Position numbers and translations under genes: made by a program. A stretch of 64,000 nt of DNA from Candidatus Sumerlaeaceae bacterium (GTDB lineage: Bacteria; Sumerlaeota; Sumerlaeia; Sumerlaeales; Sumerlaeaceae), in assembly GCA_049968255.1 (NCBI GenBank), contig JBMFRB010000003.1:64001-128000 (forward strand). Reading direction: 5' to 3'. Positions 39,017-50,609 of this stretch are shown piece after piece. Every line of letters begins with the position of its first letter. Positions within the stretch are counted from its first letter, which is position 1. The notes below the pieces were generated by a model, which saw nothing but the letters and a program-made list of their open reading frames with translations, was not told the origin of the DNA and made no database searches.

Positions 39017-40834
39017 ATGAAGCAGTGGCGAAGGTTGGCAGCAGTGGGGTGCGTTATGCTGGCCTGCATAATCAGCAGCAGCGGATGGGCGCTTCCAGGT
39101 TGGCTAACAAGTTACAAGGCCGGATTAGCTCAAGCAAAACGCGAGGGGCGGCCGCTGGTCATAGACTTTGCGAGCGCCACATGTCCAGCCTGCCGCATGC
39201 TCGAAAGCCGCACCCTCAGCGATGCACGGGTGCAAGCCGAGCTGGATAATTTTGTGCGAGTTTACATTGACGGCAACGAACAGGTGAGTCTGCGGGAGAG
39301 TTTTGGCGTGCAGTATTATCCGACCGTGGTCTATCTCTCGCCTGATGGAAAGATCCTAAAGCGCCATGTTGGGTTCGTCGGGCCCGATGAAATGACACAT
39401 GTTCTGCGCAGCATTGCGAGCCGCGTGCCCAACGCTCAGCTGGAGCAGGCCAGAGCCGATGCTGGCGGCGGCACGAAGGCGACGCAGTCACTTCCCGCAG
39501 GTGCCAAATCTTCTGCGCGGACGTCAAGCAAGCTAAGCGACAATTTCTATGAGACCGTCGCGGCCGAAGGCGCGAAGCAAAACGCCCCGGCAAAGCCTAC
39601 GGTCGTGGCCGTGGCGCCGGCAGTTCGCACCGATCAGAAAACTCGTGTCGAATGGGTGGCCGCAGGAGCTGATGCCGGAGAGGCGTCGCGCGGTGGTGGC
39701 GAGGAGAAATTGCTGGCGCAGGCATTACCCGCACCGAAGAATGTCGAAACCCCTGCGCCGCTGGTGCATATCAAACCTGAATCTACGCCGGAAGCTCCAA
39801 AGGCGCCAACGACCCACACGCCGGCTGCCACTGCGGCGGCGGAGTCGAAATCGGTGCTTCCCGACTCAGTAAAAAAATTGCAGTCTCCTTCCATCAAGAA
39901 AGGCGAAGAAACCGACGCGAAGAAATCCGCAAAGAGTACCCCCGTGGCGCAAAGCAGTAGTGCAGCACTATCCGAGGCTGCGCCTGCTATGCCAGTGGCG
40001 AGTCCTGCTGCAAGCAAGAGTACAGCCAAAAACACCGCTGCGAAACTCCAGCGCGGCGAAGCATCAGCGCAAGAAAGGCAAACGGACGTCGAAAGCGCAA
40101 AAGCCACGCCCAAGCCTCGTGGCCCCAGCGAAGTCACCGCGAAGGACATCGAGGACTGGTATGCGGATGCCGAAAATAAACTTGTGGCAGGGTACAAAAA
40201 GGAAGCGCGAGCGATGTACGCGAAAATCGTCGAGCGAGATCCGACCAACAAATTTGGCAAGAGCGACATCGCATTCATCAAGATGGTGGCACTCATGGTC
40301 GACCGCGAGGATGACCAACTTCGCCGCACCGCTTACGTGAAGATCAGAGAGTTTCTGAAGCGATTCCCTGATTCGCCTTACAAGGACTACTATACAGTGG
40401 TGCGGTCGATTTTGGCTGCGGACCTCGGTGACTATGCTGAGGCTCATGCGCTGTTGGACCGTTTCCCTGAGGAGTTCCCGAATTCGCGTTACCAAGATCT
40501 GGCGCGGAGCGTATGGGAGGAGCTCCCGAAGGATATCAAAAGTCTTCGCAAGCGCCCCGACCCAACTTCGACATCGCGGGTGGCCGCCGCAACACGCAAC
40601 ACGAAGAGCGGGGCAACCGCCTCCAGCTCGGCGAAAAAGCAATCAAGCGCAACGAGCGCCAAATCCGGGTCCACGAAGAGCAGCGCGTCGAGTGTCTCGT
40701 CGGCGTCCAAAAGTACTTCCTCCCGAAAGGAGAGCAGCGGGGGCGCCTCAACGAAATCGAGCACGAACAAGAGCAAATCGTCCACTTCGTCCAAATCGAA
40801 ATCGAGCAGCTCAGTCTCGCGCAGCAATGAGTGA
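39017..40834 (+). CDS. Exported thioredoxin-domain protein with long low-complexity linker, TPR-like domain and Ser/Lys-rich tail
   Basis: Signal peptide; IDFASATCPAC, FGVQYYPTVVYL; FLKRFPDS and FPEEFPNS TPR-like ends. Start uncertain. Confidence 0.8.
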   Translation: MKQWRRLAAVGCVMLACIISSSGWALPGWLTSYKAGLAQAKREGRPLVIDFASATCPACRMLESRTLSDARVQAELDNFVRVYIDGNEQVSLRESFGVQYYPTVVYLSPDGKILKRHVGFVGPDEMTHVLRSIASRVPNAQLEQARADAGGGTKATQSLPAGAKSSARTSSKLSDNFYETVAAEGAKQNAPAKPTVVAVAPAVRTDQKTRVEWVAAGADAGEASRGGGEEKLLAQALPAPKNVETPAPLVHIKPESTPEAPKAPTTHTPAATAAAESKSVLPDSVKKLQSPSIKKGEETDAKKSAKSTPVAQSSSAALSEAAPAMPVASPAASKSTAKNTAAKLQRGEASAQERQTDVESAKATPKPRGPSEVTAKDIEDWYADAENKLVAGYKKEARAMYAKIVERDPTNKFGKSDIAFIKMVALMVDREDDQLRRTAYVKIREFLKRFPDSPYKDYYTVVRSILAADLGDYAEAHALLDRFPEEFPNSRYQDLARSVWEELPKDIKSLRKRPDPTSTSRVAAATRNTKSGATASSSAKKQSSATSAKSGSTKSSASSVSSASKSTSSRKESSGGASTKSSTNKSKSSTSSKSKSSSSVSRSNE

Positions 40835-40971
40835 GAGGCGCCCCTATTCTCTGGGACCGAAAGCGCCTGTGGGGGAAGGCAGCTGCCGTCTGTGTTGGCA
40901 CACGTGCCGCATCATCAACTCCCCAGCAAAGACGTGGGAGTTGGTAGGTAGGTGGGGAACACGGACACATC

Positions 40972-43092
40972 ATGAACTTTGAACTGGTCACATCGTTTGA
41001 GCCCAAAGGCGACCAGCCGCAGGCTATCGAGGCACTTTGTGCGAACATCGAGCGCGGTGTGCGCCACCAAGTGCTGCTGGGCGTGACCGGAAGCGGCAAG
41101 ACGTTCACTATGGCGAACGTCATCGCGCGCATGAACCGCCCCACTCTGGTGCTGGCGCACAATAAGACTCTCGCCGCGCAGCTCTATCGCGAGTTCAAGG
41201 AGCTTTTCCCAAACAATGCTGTCGAGTATTTTGTTAGCTATTATGATTATTATCAGCCAGAAGCTTACATCCCTCAGACCGAAACTTACATCGAGAAGGA
41301 TGCGGCAATTAACGAAGAGCTCGACAAGATGCGTCTCGCGGCCACAAAGCATCTGCTGGAGCGCCGCGATGTTATCATCGTCGCGAGTGTGTCGTGTATC
41401 TATGGCATTGGATCGCCTACGGATTTTCACATGATGGTAGCCCTCGTCGAAGAAGGGCAGCGCATCTCGCGCGCGGAACTTCTGCGGCACCTGGCCGATA
41501 TCCAGTACGAGCGCAATGATTTCGATTTCCGCCGCGGAACGTTTCGCGTGCGTGGCGACGTGGTGGATGTCTTTCCTCCGTATGAAGAAACCACGGCGCT
41601 GCGTGTCGAGCTGTTTGGCAATGAAGTGGAGGCCATTTACGAGATCGACGCGCTGACAGGCCAGCGGTTGCGCCACGTGAAACGAGCCCTTATCTATCCA
41701 ACTTCGCATTACGTGACCTCACGCGAAAATCTCGAACGTGCCATGGCGTCGATTCGCGAGGAGCTCGAACAGCGGCTCTCCGAACTGCGGCGTCAGAACA
41801 AACTTGTCGAGGCTCAGCGGCTCGAGCAGCGCACGCTCTACGATTTGGAGATGCTCGAAACCATCGGCTATTGCCAGGGCATCGAGAATTACTCCCGTCA
41901 TCTCACAGGCCGCAAGGCGGGAGAGCCGCCGTGTACATTGCTCGACTATTTCCCGAAGGATTTCCTCGTGTTCATTGATGAAAGCCATGTCACCTTGCCG
42001 CAGCTGCGTGGCATGTACGAAGGTGATCGCTCGCGCAAGCAAGTGCTTGTCGACTACGGCTTCCGGCTTCCCAGTGCGCTGGACAACCGTCCGCTGAAAA
42101 TCGAAGAATTTGAAGAGCGCGTGAATCAGGTGATTTATGTGAGCGCCACGCCCGCCGATACGGAGCTTTGCAAAGCCGGCGGCGTTGTTGTGGAACAGCT
42201 CGTGCGGCCCACAGGACTTATTGATCCGCGGATCGAGATTCGTCCTGCCAAGGGGCAGGTCGAGGATGCCCTCCACGAAATACGCGCCCGAATCGAGCGG
42301 GGCGAGCGCGTGCTGATCACCGTCCTCACTAAGCGCATGGCTGAGGATCTGACCGATTACTTGTGCGAGCTCGGGATCGCGGCCAAGTACATGCACTCGG
42401 ACATTGACGCGATCGAGCGCACCGAGATTATTCGCGATCTGCGCCTTGGCAAGTTTGATGTCCTGGTCGGCATCAACCTTTTGCGCGAGGGGCTCGACTT
42501 GCCAGAAGTTTCTTTGGTGCTGATTTTCGACGCTGACAAGGAAGGGTTCCTGCGCGGACGCACAGCACTCATCCAAACGTGTGGACGCGCGGCACGCAAC
42601 GTCAACGGCACGGTGATCATGTACGCCGATGTCATGACCACGGCCATACGGGAAACCATTGCAGAGACGGAGCGGCGCCGCGCTAAGCAGATGGAATATA
42701 ACCGCGAGCATGGCATCACGCCCGCCTCCGTGAAAAAAGAAATCAAAACCATTCTCGAAACCGTTTATGAGGCTGACTATCCTGAACTGCCCATGGTGGC
42801 GGAAATAGAGGGCGAATACCTGAGCGCAGCGGAGGCAGCAAGGCTTATCGGGCAGCTGCGCAAGGAGATGCGCGAGGCGGCTTCGCGACTGGAATTTGAA
42901 ACCGCTGCTGAACTTCGCGACCGAATTCTCTATCTCGAGGAGCAAATGCGCCAAGGAGGCGATGTGGTGGCTTTACCCAAAACACTACCTCGCAAAAACT
43001 TCCAGCCGCAACGGGCCGAGTTGGATCGGCGCAAATCCGGAACGCGGCGGTCCGGCAGCAAGAAATCCAATGGGTCTACCCCCGGACGATAG
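40972..43092 (+). CDS. uvrB: Excinuclease ABC subunit B
   Basis: [42 protein letters not shown]-terminal UVR domain. Confidence 0.99.
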   Translation: MNFELVTSFEPKGDQPQAIEALCANIERGVRHQVLLGVTGSGKTFTMANVIARMNRPTLVLAHNKTLAAQLYREFKELFPNNAVEYFVSYYDYYQPEAYIPQTETYIEKDAAINEELDKMRLAATKHLLERRDVIIVASVSCIYGIGSPTDFHMMVALVEEGQRISRAELLRHLADIQYERNDFDFRRGTFRVRGDVVDVFPPYEETTALRVELFGNEVEAIYEIDALTGQRLRHVKRALIYPTSHYVTSRENLERAMASIREELEQRLSELRRQNKLVEAQRLEQRTLYDLEMLETIGYCQGIENYSRHLTGRKAGEPPCTLLDYFPKDFLVFIDESHVTLPQLRGMYEGDRSRKQVLVDYGFRLPSALDNRPLKIEEFEERVNQVIYVSATPADTELCKAGGVVVEQLVRPTGLIDPRIEIRPAKGQVEDALHEIRARIERGERVLITVLTKRMAEDLTDYLCELGIAAKYMHSDIDAIERTEIIRDLRLGKFDVLVGINLLREGLDLPEVSLVLIFDADKEGFLRGRTALIQTCGRAARNVNGTVIMYADVMTTAIRETIAETERRRAKQMEYNREHGITPASVKKEIKTILETVYEADYPELPMVAEIEGEYLSAAEAARLIGQLRKEMREAASRLEFETAAELRDRILYLEEQMRQGGDVVALPKTLPRKNFQPQRAELDRRKSGTRRSGSKKSNGSTPGR

Positions 43093-43729
43093 GTCCTTTC
43101 CCCACCCGAGTTTCGCTAGCGTCCCCAGCTGTTGATCCTCATGACGGTGAGGCTAAAACCGGAGGTCTCGCCCCCCTCTTTGTCGGTCGACTCAAGCCTA
43201 CTCTAAACACACAAAGCAAAAGCCAGAGACAAGACTCTCCGTAAACAATCGCACGGCTGGTCATTTGTTGCTCGTCCTGCCTGCGTGGGCTTGCACCTTA
43301 TTCAATGCGGTTTCGTGTGAACGGGGTGGATCTTTTGAGCAAGAGGTAACGGGTGCTGTGCGTATGGTTCTTGTAAGACCCGCGAAACCCGATGCTGGGC
43401 AAAACCGTAACACACATTTGCGCGGCGATTCTTCCTTACGCCCGCGTAGGAAGGGTTTCTCGTGGCCGATGCGCGAATCGACACGCGCGACACACCTACG
43501 AGAAGAACTGTCATCTTAGCAGAGCGTAGATTCAATCATGCCGGGAACGCGCAGCCGCCTACGTTGCTAGATGACCGAGGCACTTACGATGAAGCCGAAA
43601 AACTTGGCTTGCGCTCAGCGCGCGCAGATTCATGGCACCACCCTCGGCACTCACGACAGCGAGCGCCTCACTCCACTGGCAAGCGCGGGATCAGCCGGAC
43701 GTCAGCGGAACAGCGCGGTCAGCCACCGC

Positions 43730-43972
43730 TTAGTCAATGAGCTCAGCCAACTTCGACACGAGCTCGTCTTTCTCCTTTGCCACAGCCTCAAGCTCGGCAA
43801 TCTTCGCCTCTAATTCAGCGATCTTGCCTCGGAGCTCCTCGATTGTCGCCGCTTGGTCTTTGATCGTCATTTCGTGCTCATGGATCTGCTTTTGCTGCTC
43901 GACAATCACTTCATTTTGTTCCGCAATTTTGGCTTGGATCCGCGAGATAATTTCTTGGGTCGACAGGCTCAT
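43730..43972 (-). CDS. Small all-coiled-coil protein (ZapB-like architecture)
   Basis: 80 aa of heptads (KIAELEAKIAELE); RBS AAGGGAA; GC-rich third positions. Confidence 0.75.
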   Translation of the reverse strand: MSLSTQEIISRIQAKIAEQNEVIVEQQKQIHEHEMTIKDQAATIEELRGKIAELEAKIAELEAVAKEKDELVSKLAELID

Positions 43973-44367
43973 GGCGTTCCCTTTTCCGGTTATGTTCGGT
44001 GGGTGTATACGATTGGTACGAGTAGTAAATCAAGGACATTTGTCGAAGCCTTCTCGGCGCGAGGGATGTGCGGCATGTCCGGGCCGCGCAAGCTAACACG
44101 CGGTGTTGCGGCTATCCAAGACAAGAGCTTGCCTTTTGCGCTTGGCGCGGTGCATCTTGCCACCCTGCATTTAGTGCTTCTGTCGTCGCTACGTCGCGCG
44201 TTTTTGGCCAACACTTGTCTGATGCCATGCAGCGAGATTGTCGCGCTTGGCCCACATGGCCGTCGGCGGGCGAGCTCTGTGAGTACACGTCGTAAGACAT
44301 CGCTTCGAACTTGGTGAGACCTTGGGAGAGGAAAATCCATCATCAGGAACTTCTTGCATCGAGATAT

Positions 44368-44376
44368 TGTTATAAT
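44368..44376 (+). promoter_or_regulatory. Extended -10 promoter element (TGtTATAAT) for the efflux operon
   Basis: Exact TGnTATAAT, 15 nt upstream of ATG 44392. Confidence 0.5.
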
Positions 44377-44391
44377 CTACTAGACTAATAG

Positions 44392-45805
44392 ATGAAAAAG
44401 AGCGTAGAACTGGTTATGTCCACCGCCGCAATGAGCGCTGTGAGATGCCAAAAACATTTTTTGCTGCTTGTCCTGCTTTTGACCGGTTGAAACGGGCTCC
44501 AGCCTATTTCGGAGCTGAACGCCCGGCAGTCGGTGGCGACAGTGTCGGCCAAGTACGGCCCCGAGAAGAAAGTCAATCTCCCCCGCTTGCGTCCAGAAAG
44601 TCGGCTGTCGGATTTTTTAGTCTATGGTATGCTAAACTCCCCGGAAGTTGAGGCGGCATATCATGACTGGATAACTGCAGTCGAGAAGATAACAGGGGAA
44701 CGTTCGTTGCCTGATCCACGGCTGACACTGCAAGCAGATATTGCTCAAATGGTTACTTCTCTCATGCCGGGGGCGATGTTCGATCTTTCGGCTGTTGGAA
44801 AACTCAAGGCCCGTGCGGATGTGCAGTCAGCCGAAAGTTTTGCAAAGTACTACGAATTTGAAAGCGCCGTTTATAAGACAGCGTTCAATATCAAGGGCTC
44901 CTATTACCAACTTTATTTTCTTGAAGAAAAGACAAAGGTAAACCAGCGCATCTTGGAGCTGTTGAAGGATTTAGAGGAAATCGCTCGGCGACGTAACGAG
45001 TTGAGTCTTGGGTCTCTGGATGACGTCCTGCGAATTCAGATAGAAGAGGAGCGATTGAAGACGGAAATCGCAAACCTCGAAGAGTCGCGCAAGTCTTTGC
45101 TCGCGCAATTCAAAGCCGCTCTTGGAATCCGGCCGGATAGACCTGACCCGCCAATTCCGGCAAGCTTCCAAACGACTTCACTCACTCTGCGCGAAGATGC
45201 GCTGCTAAAAGCGGCTCTGAAAAAAAAATCCTTCCATAAAGGCGCTTGAAGCACAAATAGAAAGCGCTAAAGCCCAAATACATCTGGCGAATCAGGCAAA
45301 GATACCAGATCTTAGCGCGGGCGTTGAAGTTGATGTTCGTGCCTCCCCAAAAATGTGGCGCCCACAATTGGGGCTGACTCTGCCGATTTGGCGGGACAAA
45401 ATTAAAGCGGATATTGCAGCAGCCGAGTCTAAAAAGAAATCAGCCGAAGCACGCCGCAAACAGGCTCAGATTGAACTCGCCGCAGCCATAGCTGAAAGGC
45501 TGTTCATGTATCGCGAAGCCACGCTCACAGGAAACACTCTCTCCCAGCAGCTCATCCCACGGGCACAGCAGGCCCTCGATATCTCCCGAGCAGATTACTC
45601 CGCCGGTAAAGCTCAGTTTCTGTCTGTGATAGAGAACCTAAAACTTCTATACTCGATGGAACTCGAACGTGTTGAAGCAAATACTCGGCGCGAGCTTGCA
45701 CTGGCAGAATTAGAATTACTTGTCGCGAATGTTTCGCCACCGGGCGCTCCGTTGCTCTCCGAAACGCAACAGAGAGCGCTGGTCAGCAATCAGCAGAGGA
45801 ACTAA
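44392..45805 (+). pseudogene. TolC/CusC-family outer membrane efflux lipoprotein, interrupted by in-frame TGA (44488-44490) and a +1 frameshift in an A9 run (45220-45228)
   Basis: MKKS..FLLLVLLLTG*NGLQ.. is in frame with ORF 44533 (NSPEVEAA, LPDP). Removing one A gives KKNPSIKALEAQI..IPDLSAG..MWRPQLGLTLPIW, joining ORF 45353; about 470 codons when repaired. Confidence 0.85.
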
Positions 45806-45806
45806 T

Positions 45807-47093
45807 ATGAGGAAACCTCTTGTCGCAATAGCATTCCTTGTCATAGTCACGTTACTGGGAACTTATTATTGGGATCATGGTGATCGTATGGCTAACCAGC
45901 ATGATCATCATGAAGCGAAAACTGCAACTCTTTACACCTGCCCTATGCATCCTACTTACACGAGTCCCAAGCCTGGCTCGTGTCCTATTTGTGGAATGGA
46001 CCTGGTGCCGATGGAGCAGACAAGCGGTCACGGGGAACATTCTTCTCTACCATCGGAAAAGACGGGTGGAGTTGAGGGCCGCGTCGCGATAACGTTGACC
46101 GCTGAAAAACAGCAAAAAATCGGCGTTCGGCTTGCTAAAGTTGAGAAGAGCCGTTTCTCGAAAACGGCTCGGCTCACCGCGGTGCTCGAACATGACGAAA
46201 CTCGATATGCACGCATAGCGCCACGTGTGAGTGGCTGGATACAGAAACTCTATGCGAATTATACCGGGCAACACATTGACCAGGGTAGCCCGCTCATGTC
46301 CGTTTATAGCCCTGATGTCCTCAGTGCCACGACGGAATATCTTATCGCGTTCGAACAGGTGGAGAAGATGAAAGCCGGCACGTCCAATATTGATCTCGAA
46401 AGAGCCAAGAATCTTCTCAGCTCAACACGAGAACGCCTTGCGCTCTGGGAGATAGGTCCGGAGCAGATCTCTGAAATTGAAAAGACACGACGTCCATTAA
46501 CTGAGGTTGTTTTCCACGCGCCCGTCTCGGGTCATATTATTACAAAAACAGCAATCGAAGGGCGGTATTTTGCAGCCGGAGAGACTCTCTTTGAAATTGG
46601 CGATCTCTCCCATCTTTGGGTGCGAGTCTACATTTACGAACAAGATTATCCTTACACCAAAGTTGGCCAAAAGGCCATCGTTCATCTGCCTTCTCTCAAC
46701 CAAACGGTTGAGGGAACGATTACATTTATCTATCCTCATATTGACGAGTTTACAAGAAGGGCTGAAGCAAGAATTGAAGTAGCGAATCCAGAACATGTGC
46801 TTAGGCCAGGACTATGGGGTTATGCTGAGGTAGAGCTTGACTATGGCACCGCGACTCTTGTGCCGCCCTCTGCTGTCATAGACACAGGCGAAAGATATGT
46901 CGCATTTGCTATCAGAGATAATGGGCAGTTTGAGCCGCGTGATGTCGAGATCGGTGTCAAGACGGATGACTTTTATCAAGTGCTTGAAGGTCTTCGAGAA
47001 GGTGACACGGTCGTCGTCAACCCTCTTTTTCTTATCGATGCAGAAAGTCAGCTTAGAGCGGCCATGGGTGGCCTGAGTGCACATAAACACTAG
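45807..47093 (+). CDS. cusB: CusB-like RND periplasmic adaptor with heavy-metal-binding domain
   Basis: TM anchor, His-rich HDHHE, YTCPMHP..CPICGMDL, GWIQKL, YSP, LRPG, FLIDAES; intact. Confidence 0.9.
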   Translation: MRKPLVAIAFLVIVTLLGTYYWDHGDRMANQHDHHEAKTATLYTCPMHPTYTSPKPGSCPICGMDLVPMEQTSGHGEHSSLPSEKTGGVEGRVAITLTAEKQQKIGVRLAKVEKSRFSKTARLTAVLEHDETRYARIAPRVSGWIQKLYANYTGQHIDQGSPLMSVYSPDVLSATTEYLIAFEQVEKMKAGTSNIDLERAKNLLSSTRERLALWEIGPEQISEIEKTRRPLTEVVFHAPVSGHIITKTAIEGRYFAAGETLFEIGDLSHLWVRVYIYEQDYPYTKVGQKAIVHLPSLNQTVEGTITFIYPHIDEFTRRAEARIEVANPEHVLRPGLWGYAEVELDYGTATLVPPSAVIDTGERYVAFAIRDNGQFEPRDVEIGVKTDDFYQVLEGLREGDTVVVNPLFLIDAESQLRAAMGGLSAHKH

Positions 47094-47127
47094 CCGCAGA
47101 GTAATCTTCATCTTTCTTCGAGGTAAC

Positions 47128-50100
47128 ATGGCCCATACGCAACATACAGGACGCTCTGGGGATTCGGTAGTAGAACGAATTATTGAGTGGAGTGCCCGAA
47201 ACAAGTTCTTTGTATTCGTTTTGATAGGGGCGCTGTTTCTTGGAGGATTGTGGTGCACCCTCAATACCCCTCTTGATGCACTTCCCGATTTATCAGATGT
47301 GCAAGTCATTGTCTACACCCCTTGGGAGGGGCGGAGCCCGAACCTTGTCGAAGATCAGATTACTTATCCAATTGTCACGAGGCTCCTTTCCGCTCCGAAA
47401 GTTCGGGTGGTTCGCGGATTTAGCTTCTTTGGGTATTCATTTGTCTATGTCATTTTCGAAGATGGGACGGATATCTACTGGGCTCGCTCGCGTGTGCTTG
47501 AGTACCTTCAAGCGATCAGTGGACAGTTACCGCCGGGGGTGACACCGACCCTTGGGCCTGATGCCACGGGGGTAGGATGGGGCTTTCAGTATGCTTTGGT
47601 CGACAGGAGTGGTAAGCACGATCTTGGTCAACTACGCGCATTTCAGGACTGGTATTTGCGCTACTGGCTTCAGAGTATAGAGGGTGTGGCTGAAGTGGCG
47701 ACTTTTGGAGGATTTGAAAAGCAATATCAGATCACCATTGACCCAGACAGACTTTTGGCCTATGGGGTTTCTGTTGGGCAAATCGTAGATGCAGTTCGCA
47801 GAGCAAATAATGATGTAGGAGCCAGAGAACTCGAACATTATGGGACGACCTATCTGGTGCGCGGGCGAGGCTACATTAAGTCCCTGGATGATCTCAGAAA
47901 GGTGACCGTAGCAGTCGATAAGCGCGGAGTTCCTATTTTGTTGAAAGAGGTAGCCAGCCAAATAACGTTCGGACCTGACATGCGGCGGGGAGCAGCTGAT
48001 TTCAACGGCGAAGGCGATACGCCAGGCGGGATCGTTGTTATTCGGTTTGGCGAAAACGTCCTTCGCGTGATTGATCGCATTAAGAAAAAGCTCGAAGAAA
48101 TCAAGCCGTCCTTGCCGGAAGGGGTAGAGATTGTTACGACTTATGATCGATCGGATTTGATAAAACGCAGCATCACCACGCTCACAAGGACGCTGATCGA
48201 AGAAAGTATCATAGTTAGCATCATCGTGCTTATCTTTCTTCTTGATATCGGGGGCGCGTTGAGAGCGATTGTTGTACTCCCTATTGCTGTGGTTTTGGCC
48301 TTTATTCCCATGTACTTTGCGGGAATAACGGCGAACATTATGTCCCTGGCGGGAATCGCGATTTCGATTGGAGTGCTTACCGATGAAGCGGTCGTGATGG
48401 TGGAGAACGTTCACAAGCGTTTAGAGCACGCCCCCGAAACACATGACTAGGGCACAACGCGTAGAGGTGATCATCGATGCCTGCAAACAACTTGGGCGAC
48501 CAATGTTTTTTGCTCTTTTGGTCATTACCGTAAGTTTTCTTCCCGTGTTCACCTTAGAGGCTCAAGAAGGACGCCTATTCAAACCCTTAGCGTATACGAA
48601 GACGTTTACACTTGCGTGGGCAGCACTGTTGTCGATCACCTTAGGCCCTGCCTTGATTGTTCTTATGACTGGGGCCAAAGTGGTCCCTGAGCATCAGCAC
48701 CCGATAAGTCGAGTGTTGCATCGCCTTTATTACCCATGGGTGAGTGCCCTGATGCGCCGCCGCAAGTTGTCCATTGCTATTGCGGTCTTGGCGGTTGTCA
48801 GTGCGGTCCCTATCTATAAAAGACTGGGCAGCGAGTTTATGCCTCCCTTGAATGAGGGAACAATCCTCTACATGCCAACCACCTTGCCAACGATATCGAT
48901 TACAGAAGCGACACGTCTGCTTCAAATTCAAGATCGAATCCTGAAGGAATTCCCTGAAGTTCTCACAGTTCATGGCAAGGCGGGGCGCAGCGAAACGGCA
49001 ACGGACCCCGCCCCTTTAGAAATGTTCGAGACGGTTATCCAACTCAAACCCCAGGAGCAATGGCGAAAAGTCGAGGTTGCGAGATGGTATTCCTCCTGGG
49101 CTCCTGAATGGCTCAAAAAAATCTTGCGCCTTTTTTGGAGCGAAGAGCGCCCTCTGAGCTGGCGGGAACTTATCAACGAAATGGATGCCGCGCTCCGTAT
49201 CCCCGGGGTCGTCAACGCATGGACAATGCCCATCAAGGCGCGCATCGACATGCTTTCTACGGGGATTCGTACCCCTGTTGGCGTGAAAATTATGGGCCCC
49301 GATCTCACGGTGATCAATGAAATTGGACAGAAACTCGAGACCATTATCAAAAATGTGCCTGGGACACGAAGTGTTTACGCGGAACGCACGGTTGGAGGGC
49401 TTTACATTGACATTATCCCCAAAAGAGAGGACATCGCACGTTACGGACTCAATGTCGAGGACGTACTGGACGTTGTTGAGACGGCGATTGGCGGCATGCC
49501 TATCGATCGGACAATTGAGGGAAGAGAGCGTTATACAATCAATTTGCGTTATAGCCGAGAGCTAAGGGATAGTATTGAAAAGCTTCGTAGAATCCCAGTG
49601 CCCATCAGAACCACTAATGTATCCGCGATGGCGGACACAAACAACGCGATGAGCGCTGATAATAGTTCCAAAACAGCAGGCGTCGGAGACGGGAAAGTCA
49701 TACAGGTACCGCTGGGGCAACTGGCTGATTTCAAGGTTTCGCAGGGGCCACCTTCCATCAAAGACGAAGATGGAGCACTTACAGGATGGGTTTATATAGA
49801 TCTTGTAGATAAAGATATTGGTTCTTATGTGGAAGAAGCTAAAAATGCTGTTCGGAAAGCTATTGAGACGGAGCACTTTCTCCCAGCCGGATACCATCTT
49901 GTGTGGTCAGGTCAGTACGAGTACATGCTGCGTGTCGAAAATCGCCTAAAAGTGGTCGTGCCAATCACCTTATTTGTCATATTTATGTTGATATACATGG
50001 ATTTTAAGAAGATAAGTCCAACCCTCATCATTCTTTTGTCTGTACCTTTTGCCATTACGGGAAGTATTTGGGCACTCTATCTTCTGCATTACAATCTGAG

Positions 50101-50569
50101 TATTGCTGTATGGGTCGGAATTATCGCGCTTGCCGGTCTTGCTGCCCAAACAGGAACTATGATGGTGGTGTACCTGGAAGAGGCGTTTCATTTGTGGAAA
50201 AGTGCCGGACGCATGAAAACGCAGTATGACCTTTTCGAAGCTATTACGTACGGGGCTGTTCAGCGAGTGCGCCCTAAACTTATGACAGTCGCGAGCACAA
50301 TTCTGGGATTAGTGCCCGCTTTGTGGGCCCATGGTGCTGGTGCAGAGGCAATTCAGCGGATTGCAGCACCCATGGTGGGCGGACTTATCACAAGCGCGAT
50401 TCTGACATTGGAAATCGTCCCCGCTATTTACAGCTTGTGGCGAGGACGGGAAGTTCAATGGGTCAAGGGGCCTCCACCACCAAAAAAATCTTGGAAGGAG
50501 CTGAACGAGGAGTTCCAGGAATTGGAAAAAATGCGTTTTGCGGCGGCTGACGTGAGAAACTCGGAGTAA
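47128..50569 (+). pseudogene. cusA: CusA/SilA-type Cu(I)/Ag(I) RND pump split by a +1 frameshift near 48431-48450 (ORFs 47128-48450 and 48443-50569)
   Basis: LDALPDLSDVQV, GPDATGVGW, GVLTDEAVVMVEN; second part LFKPLAYTK, ILYMP, PLEMFET, RIDML (three-Met site), RVRPKLMT. Confidence 0.88.
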
Positions 50570-50579
50570 CTTCAATTGG

Positions 50580-50609
50580 GGATAAAGCATTGATTTCGGA
50601 TAAAGCATT
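50580..50609. repeat. 12-bp direct repeat GGATAAAGCATT x2 (18-bp period)
   Basis: Copies at 50580-50591 and 50598-50609, just after the cusA stop. Confidence 0.75.

Noticed and set aside
41719-42954. Long antisense ORFs (411 aa here; also 16207-17181, 13361-14203, 62811-63614)
   Set aside because: Shadows of well-conserved genes, expected from GC-rich codon bias; no motifs of their own.
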